From: Rikenellaceae bacterium
Lineage (GTDB): Bacteria > Bacteroidota > Bacteroidia > Bacteroidales > Rikenellaceae
Assembly: GCA_047173405.1 (NCBI GenBank)
Contig: JBCQVD010000001.1
Location: forward strand, 1 to 63,693
Reading direction: 5' to 3'
DNA length: 63,693 nt
Shown: piece after piece, positions 58,265 through 63,693 of the stretch
How the letters are laid out: every line of letters begins with the position of its first letter
How positions within the stretch are numbered: position 1 is the first letter of the stretch
Notes under the pieces: generated by a model
What the model was told of the DNA's origin: nothing
Database searches by the model: none
The model's input: the letters and a program-made list of their open reading frames with translations, nothing else
Position numbers and translations under genes: made by a program

Positions 58265-58963
58265 ATGTTTATGATAAAAAAATCAGCAATTTTATTAGTT
58301 GTTGTTGCTATGAGCGAGTTGTTGCTCACCGTCGAGACTACTATGTGTCGACCACAACTAATTATCCCATCTGTTCTACCCGCCGCGATGGTTAAGGAGC
58401 AGAGCTTCAAGGAGGCTGAGGTCATCTCTCCTTATGACCCAATTTTTAAGGAGGTGTGCATGATGCATGGTAATGACTGGAGATTGATGAGTGCTATGGC
58501 ATACCACGAATCGCGTTTTAAAGCCAACGCAACCTCTCCAGCAGGAGCGCAAGGGATGATGCAAATCATGCCCAATGTAGCTAAGTTCTTTGATGTTAGC
58601 GAACAAGATCTAAGTGATGTTTGGACAAATATCACAGTCGCTAACCTACTGGTTAACCGAATCGACAAGATGCTTAGTCTCCCCGCACGCGTGAGTGACG
58701 AGGATCGTATGTCGTTGATTCTGGCGAGCTATAATGGCGGTATTGGACGCGTCTTCGATGCGCAGCGCCTAGCTCGATTTTATGGTGAAGATCCCTACGA
58801 TTGGGATGTTGTCGCCAAGTACCTATGTCTCATAGCTCAACCCGAGTACTACAACCATGAGGTTGTTCGTAACGGACGTTTTGCAGGTAGCGGTGAGACT
58901 CTAGCCTATGTCGGCAAAGTTATCGGACAGTACGGTAACTACTGCCAAATAGCAGCTCTTTAG
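58265..58963 (+). CDS. Lytic transglycosylase (SLT domain, MltF-like)
   Basis: ISPYD, DWRL..AYHESRF, GAQGMMQIMP, LASYNGG, ETLAYV. Confidence 0.9.
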   Translation: MFMIKKSAILLVVVAMSELLLTVETTMCRPQLIIPSVLPAAMVKEQSFKEAEVISPYDPIFKEVCMMHGNDWRLMSAMAYHESRFKANATSPAGAQGMMQIMPNVAKFFDVSEQDLSDVWTNITVANLLVNRIDKMLSLPARVSDEDRMSLILASYNGGIGRVFDAQRLARFYGEDPYDWDVVAKYLCLIAQPEYYNHEVVRNGRFAGSGETLAYVGKVIGQYGNYCQIAAL

Positions 58964-59553
58964 AGCATTAACAGTGCGCGTAGTTCAGCGCAACTTTTAG
59001 CTGGGTTTGTGGCATCAAAGAGCGATGCGGCAAGCCCAGCATTTTTTGCCCCCTCTACATTTTGCTCCCTATCATCAATAAAGAGTGACTCCTCGGCTTT
59101 GAGGTCGAAACGCTCAAGCAGGGTGTTGTATATCTCAACCTCGGGCTTGATAAATCCCACCTCGCTCGATATCACATCGCCATCGAAGTAGTCGTATATG
59201 TCGAGCGAACGGATTTGACATATATACTCGTGGGGCATATTCGAGAGCACGTATAACCTATACTCCGCAGCCTTAAGATCTTGAAGAAGAGCGGTTGTCA
59301 CAGGTATAGGGATGTGCATCGTTATCGACTCCTCGATATATTTGTCGCACTCCTCGAGGGTTATTCCGTTGTGTGCCGCCAGCGCGTCTTTCATATCCTT
59401 GAAAGAGATTGTTCCACGATCGTAATCCTTCCAAAACTGAGGCATCGGGTCGCGTAGGTATACAAAGAACTCCACTAACTCCTTGGTGTACTTGCTGGTG
59501 TCGTGCTTTACAACAACACCGCCTAGGTCGAAGATTATATTCTTAATAGCCAT
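58960..59553 (-). CDS. HAD-family phosphatase
   Basis: IFDLGGV, LSN, KPEVEIY, FIDD motifs. Confidence 0.9.
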   Translation of the reverse strand: MAIKNIIFDLGGVVVKHDTSKYTKELVEFFVYLRDPMPQFWKDYDRGTISFKDMKDALAAHNGITLEECDKYIEESITMHIPIPVTTALLQDLKAAEYRLYVLSNMPHEYICQIRSLDIYDYFDGDVISSEVGFIKPEVEIYNTLLERFDLKAEESLFIDDREQNVEGAKNAGLAASLFDATNPAKSCAELRALLML

Positions 59554-59573
59554 TTTTTTCTGTTGTTTTATTT

Positions 59574-59955
59574 TAGCTCCGCGGGGAGCACCCCGCCGCC
59601 GCCCGCGCAGGGCAGTTGTATATATATTTCTGAGGACTGTCTCCGACGGGCGGGGTGCTCCCTGCGGAGCCTTTATTTTGTAGCGCTTGTCGGTAAATCA
59701 ATTCTTGATTTGTTGTGATTATATGAAATAGGAATCTAAAGAGAGCTTTATCCCTATTTCAGATAACCACTTCAATGCAAACATTCGTTTGCTATAACAA
59801 GCGTATATTAATGTTTAGCGTTAAGCGTTTAATGTTAAGAAACTAACCACTATGCGCTAAACACTTAACATTAAACGCTAAACACTGCTATTAACAGATG
59901 CAATACAAAAAATAGCTCTGCGGGGAGCACCCCGCCCGTCGGAGGCAGTCCTCGG
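59574..59955. repeat. Composite repeat: inverted REP pair (59574-59671), four-way-junction module (59684-59803), inverted heptamers (59808-59886), REP unit (59913-59950)
   Basis: Same modules and same order as at 8771-9285. Confidence 0.85.
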
Positions 59956-60000
59956 AATTGTAAATTAATGTCTGCACAAGATATAAAGAAAAAATGATCT

Positions 60001-60759
60001 TTACATCTTAGGTGCTCTCACCTCTTCGCTATCCTTCTCGGTCCACTCTTTGTTGTCGCCCTCCCACTCAAAATGGTCAAATTGACTCTTCCCCACGAGC
60101 GAGAACTGAGTGTAGGTGATAGGTAGCCCGCGGCTGAGGAAGTCACTCTCGTAGGCTGTCTTTATTGAAAGTGTAGCATCGGCAAATCCCGATCCATAGA
60201 TATCGCTATTACTCTGAATGAGGGGCAGTTCAAAGCGACGCACTACCTCGGCGGTATAGTTGTAGAGGTGCTGTGAATCGGTCTTGAGGTTGATAACGCC
60301 ATCAGCCTTTAGGAACCTACTGTATGACTCCAGAAATGGAGGTGCCGTGAGACGCTTCTTTGCACGGCGGCTCTTGAGCTGAGGGTCGGGGAAGGTGATC
60401 CAAATCTCGTCAACCTCACCTTCGGCGAAGAAAGAGTTGATAAATTCGATACGTGTGCGTAGGAATCCGACATTGGTCATACCCATCTCGGTGGCATCTT
60501 TGGCGCCACGCCACATACGTGCACCCTTAATATCAACACCTATATAGTTGCGTGATGGATCTGCCTGAGCCAGAGCTACGGTATATTCGCCCTTGCCGCA
60601 CCCAAGTTCAAGAACTATGGGGTTGTTGTTGCGGAAGAACTTCTCGCGCCACACGCCTCTAAGAGGGTGGTGCTTGTGGAATATATCCTCAAATTCGGGT
60701 TGTACAAAGCACTCAAATGTTAGGTTCTCGGCAAAACGCCTTAGTTTATCTTTGCCCAT
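60001..60759 (-). CDS. trmB: tRNA (guanine46-N7)-methyltransferase
   Basis: VLELGCGKGEY, GVDIKGAR, ITFPDPQ, LKTD, IKTAYE. Confidence 0.95.
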   Translation of the reverse strand: MGKDKLRRFAENLTFECFVQPEFEDIFHKHHPLRGVWREKFFRNNNPIVLELGCGKGEYTVALAQADPSRNYIGVDIKGARMWRGAKDATEMGMTNVGFLRTRIEFINSFFAEGEVDEIWITFPDPQLKSRRAKKRLTAPPFLESYSRFLKADGVINLKTDSQHLYNYTAEVVRRFELPLIQSNSDIYGSGFADATLSIKTAYESDFLSRGLPITYTQFSLVGKSQFDHFEWEGDNKEWTEKDSEEVRAPKM

Positions 60760-60772
60760 GTATGTTAATAAT

Positions 60773-61219
60773 CTATTTATATGTAATATCTTCGGTTGGT
60801 GTTATATTAACACCTATCGCCTCGACGCCATCTATGCTACTATTGTTTATTGGTGTTATGATAACCCGATAGTTGCCCTCTTGTCGCCAAACTGAGTTCT
60901 GTCGGTAGCGAATGCTCCTTAGCTCGGACTCTCCACGGTGGGATAGATACCGCTCAAAATTGAGCCTCAGGGTATCTGTTACGCTCACGGAGTCGGGCGC
61001 TATGGTCTCAATGGCAATATTTACCTCTTCACTTATCCAAGCGGGTCGATACCTAAATACAATGGATATGTCGCGTCTTGTCGAGGTGTCGAGGTTGGGC
61101 ATAGAGACCTCAATCATAGAACTCCAACCCATGACTGGAGTGTGCTCTACGACCGATTGGTGTTGCGCGATGCACCCTCCAAGAAGAGTTGAAAGTACTA
61201 TTAATATGCGTGGTAACAT
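60773..61219 (-). CDS. GldH-like lipoprotein
   Basis: True start likely MLPRILIVLSTLLGGC (lipobox); VTDTL, GNYRVIIT, GVEAIGV resemble GldH; follows the PSP1 gene. Confidence 0.6.
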   Translation of the reverse strand: MLPRILIVLSTLLGGCIAQHQSVVEHTPVMGWSSMIEVSMPNLDTSTRRDISIVFRYRPAWISEEVNIAIETIAPDSVSVTDTLRLNFERYLSHRGESELRSIRYRQNSVWRQEGNYRVIITPINNSSIDGVEAIGVNITPTEDITYK

Positions 61220-61235
61220 ATCGATAAAAAGGTGA

Positions 61236-62744
61236 TTATAGCTCTTTGCTCGTGTTGTTTTGCTCCTTGTTTTTATTTCGCTCCTCACCCTCTTGTTTTG
61301 CCCTAGGGGGTCTGTTACCTCGCTTCGCTCTATCATCACGCGGTTCACGCTCACCTCTTGGTTGGCGCTCCTTTGGCTCTGTTCTCTGAGGTCTTTCGTG
61401 GCGCTCACCACGAGGTTCTCGCTCACCTTGAGGCTCTTGGTTTTGCCTCTCGGCTCTAGGTGTTGCGTCGGTCTTTTGCCCTCCCTCGCGCGGTGTGCGG
61501 TTGTTACGACGACGCTGCTGCGACTCTCGCTTGGGGGTACTCTCCGCACCTTGATCCTGTGGCTCTCGAGCCTCGCTCTTAGGGGTGCCCTGAGCCTCGC
61601 TGGCGGGTCTGTTAGACTTGTTGCGATTACGTCCTCCCCCCTTAGCTTTTCGCTTATTATCAAAACGTGTGATGCTATCCTCCTCGGAGCGGTAGGTTGG
61701 CTCCTCGCTCTTGACAATGATATCCTCTTCGCGTTGTAGCTTCTCGACCTTTTTGCCAGCTCTGTTGAGCGCAACGATCTCCTTGACGCGAGATATTGGT
61801 AATACCTCGACGTTGGACATTGAGTCGCGGCTGCTGCTGAAGGTCATCGTACCTGCGAGGATATCACTCTTAACAGCGAAGTACTCACCGTCAATGGCTT
61901 GGAGTGGCTCTCTGAGGCGAGGGAATCCCTTGCGCGCGTCGACATAGGTGTCGTACTCGTGCATTAGGCAGCACTTAAGTTTAGAGCACTGACCAGCTAG
62001 CTTTAGTGGGTTGAGCGATATTTCCTGCACGCGCGCGGCGTTAGTCGTTACGCTGCTAAACTTAGAGATCCACGAGGCGCAGCATAGCTCACGCCCGCAG
62101 GCTCCTAGACCGCCAATGCGTCCAGCCTCTTGGCGTGCACCGATCTGTTTCATCTCGATGCGGATATGGAATCTATCGGCAAAGACCTTGATGAGTTCGC
62201 GGAAATCGACACGCTCGTCGGCTATATAGTAGAATATAGCCTTGATCTTATCGCCCTGATACTCGACATCTCCAATCTTCATGTTGAGTCCCATATCGGC
62301 GGCAATCTGGCGCGAGAGGATCATCGTCTCGTGCTCTAGCTCTATTGCCTCCTGCCATTTCTCGATATCGTATGGTTTAGCTTTGCGGTAGATCTTTTTA
62401 AACTCGCCATTTTGGGGTGTGAAACCCACGCGGCGCATCTGGCGAAGAACCATATCGCCAGTGAGCGAGACGACGCCTATGTCGTGCCCTGGGGATGACT
62501 CCACAGCGACAATATCTCCCCTTTTGAGTTCGAGGTTGTTGACGTTGGTGTAGTATCCGCGGCGTGTATTTTTGAATCTAATTTCGAATATATCGCACGC
62601 CTCATTGTCGGGGTACTCTTCAAGCCAGTCATATTCGTGTAGCTTGTAGCAACCCTCGTGTATGGATGCGCTTATCTCGTCTTGACACTGGCAAAAAGCC
62701 GCGCCACGACCTATATTTGGTTTATGTTTGCAGTTACAACTCAT
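61236..62744 (-). CDS. ricT: PSP1/RicT (YaaT) family protein with low-complexity C-terminal tail
   Basis: EIRFKNTR, FYYIADERVDFRELIK, IGARQEA, GACGRELCC, KLAGQCSKLKCCL. Confidence 0.9.
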   Translation of the reverse strand: MSCNCKHKPNIGRGAAFCQCQDEISASIHEGCYKLHEYDWLEEYPDNEACDIFEIRFKNTRRGYYTNVNNLELKRGDIVAVESSPGHDIGVVSLTGDMVLRQMRRVGFTPQNGEFKKIYRKAKPYDIEKWQEAIELEHETMILSRQIAADMGLNMKIGDVEYQGDKIKAIFYYIADERVDFRELIKVFADRFHIRIEMKQIGARQEAGRIGGLGACGRELCCASWISKFSSVTTNAARVQEISLNPLKLAGQCSKLKCCLMHEYDTYVDARKGFPRLREPLQAIDGEYFAVKSDILAGTMTFSSSRDSMSNVEVLPISRVKEIVALNRAGKKVEKLQREEDIIVKSEEPTYRSEEDSITRFDNKRKAKGGGRNRNKSNRPASEAQGTPKSEAREPQDQGAESTPKRESQQRRRNNRTPREGGQKTDATPRAERQNQEPQGEREPRGERHERPQRTEPKERQPRGEREPRDDRAKRGNRPPRAKQEGEERNKNKEQNNTSKEL

Positions 62745-62782
62745 TTGTAGTAAATTTTCGTAAAGATAATAAATTTTTCTCT

Positions 62783-63693
62783 TTATAGCCCTCGACGCAG
62801 CTTTTTTTGTCGATATTTAATTCTCCAGATATATAGGATCGAGGCGACGCACATTCCTACGATGAGTCCTACGTATAGTCCTGCTGTGCCCATTTCGAGG
62901 GTGAAGCAGCATAGATATGCTATTGGTATATTTAGTATCCAGTAGCAGATAATCGAGAAGGGTATAATGATGGTGACATCCTGCATACCTCTTAATATAC
63001 CCACGCCGACGCATTGAACGCCATCGGGGATCTGGAACGCTGCGATAAAAACTATGAGTATCGAGGCGATCTCTACAACTTCGGTGTTGGAGGTGTAGAT
63101 GTGTGGTATCTGGGTGCACAAGAGGGTGAAGATGATACAAGTCATAGTGTTCCACACAAGCCCCATGTGCCACGCCGCTTTGGAGGCGAGACGCATCTGT
63201 GCCATATCGTTTGCACCAAAGCAGTGCGAGACGCGTATTGTTGTCGCCGAACCAATGGCGAGCACGATCATAAAGGTGGCATTACCCATCGACATGGCGA
63301 TCTGGTTGGCGCTGATGGCGTTGGTGCCGAGCCACCCAAACATAATGCCGATCATCACAAACGACGATGCCTCCATAAAGATCTGTGTCGAGATTGGGAT
63401 ACCCATGTGGAGCAGCTTTTTTAGCGCGGCACGCGTTATATTGACTCTCGCAAAACGTATTATATATGCCTTGAACTGCGATGAGCGCAGGACGTATAGC
63501 GGTAGCGCAATAGCTAAGAATAGCCTCGAAATGAGTGTCGATAGACCTGCTCCTGTTGCTCCAAGCTCGGGTGCTCCGCAGTTGCCGCCGATGAGTAGCC
63601 AGTTGAGACCAATATTAATTACGTTGCTCATAAGTACGCACCACATAGCGATCTTCGTGTTGCCTATACCTTCGAGAAACTGCTTGAAACAGC
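62783..63693 (-). CDS. MATE family efflux transporter (5' end outside window)
   Basis: NIGLNWLLI, LGATGAGLST, GIPI, FQIPDGVQ..GILRG; runs off the window edge. Confidence 0.9.
   Translation of the reverse strand, partial: CFKQFLEGIGNTKIAMWCVLMSNVINIGLNWLLIGGNCGAPELGATGAGLSTLISRLFLAIALPLYVLRSSQFKAYIIRFARVNITRAALKKLLHMGIPISTQIFMEASSFVMIGIMFGWLGTNAISANQIAMSMGNATFMIVLAIGSATTIRVSHCFGANDMAQMRLASKAAWHMGLVWNTMTCIIFTLLCTQIPHIYTSNTEVVEIASILIVFIAAFQIPDGVQCVGVGILRGMQDVTIIIPFSIICYWILNIPIAYLCCFTLEMGTAGLYVGLIVGMCVASILYIWRIKYRQKKLRRGL

Noticed and set aside
61260-61640. Repeated GEREPR-like peptides in the RicT tail as a separate repeat element
   Set aside because: Low-complexity charged tails are common on Bacteroidota PSP1 proteins, and this one is in frame
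61220-61774. N-terminal 185 aa of the 333-aa ORF 60773..61774
   Set aside because: It overlaps the ricT tail in another frame; a lipoprotein signal begins at Met 61219, which is the plausible start

Overview
Core chromosomal window of an anaerobic Bacteroidota, most likely Rikenellaceae (Alistipes-like). This is inferred from gene order, TAnnTTTG promoters and protein features. It carries about 57 mostly housekeeping CDS (speA, lptE, secG, serB, lptC, coaX, mfd, rng, HU, mnmA-rimM-rpsP, nifJ, thiD, thyA-folA, lpxH, fprA-rubredoxin, murF, pssA, trmB, ricT, MATE), two tRNAs, an AT-rich glf/DUF4422 pair after tRNA-Gln and a five-gene heterodisulfide-reductase-like cluster. Two small genes missing from the ORF track were found by eye (bS22, rubredoxin). 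The most unusual signal is intergenic. A modular repeat system is built from (i) 14 GC-rich REP-like double-hairpin units, (ii) five complete and one partial ~120-nt four-way-junction module whose shape is conserved while sequence diverges, with compensatory changes and strand-consistent G-T wobbles, and (iii) inverted heptamer arrays. A separate ~160-bp MITE family sits on TAA stop codons with TTA target duplications. No transposase, integrase or CRISPR array is present. All calls were made by reading the sequence; no searches were run.
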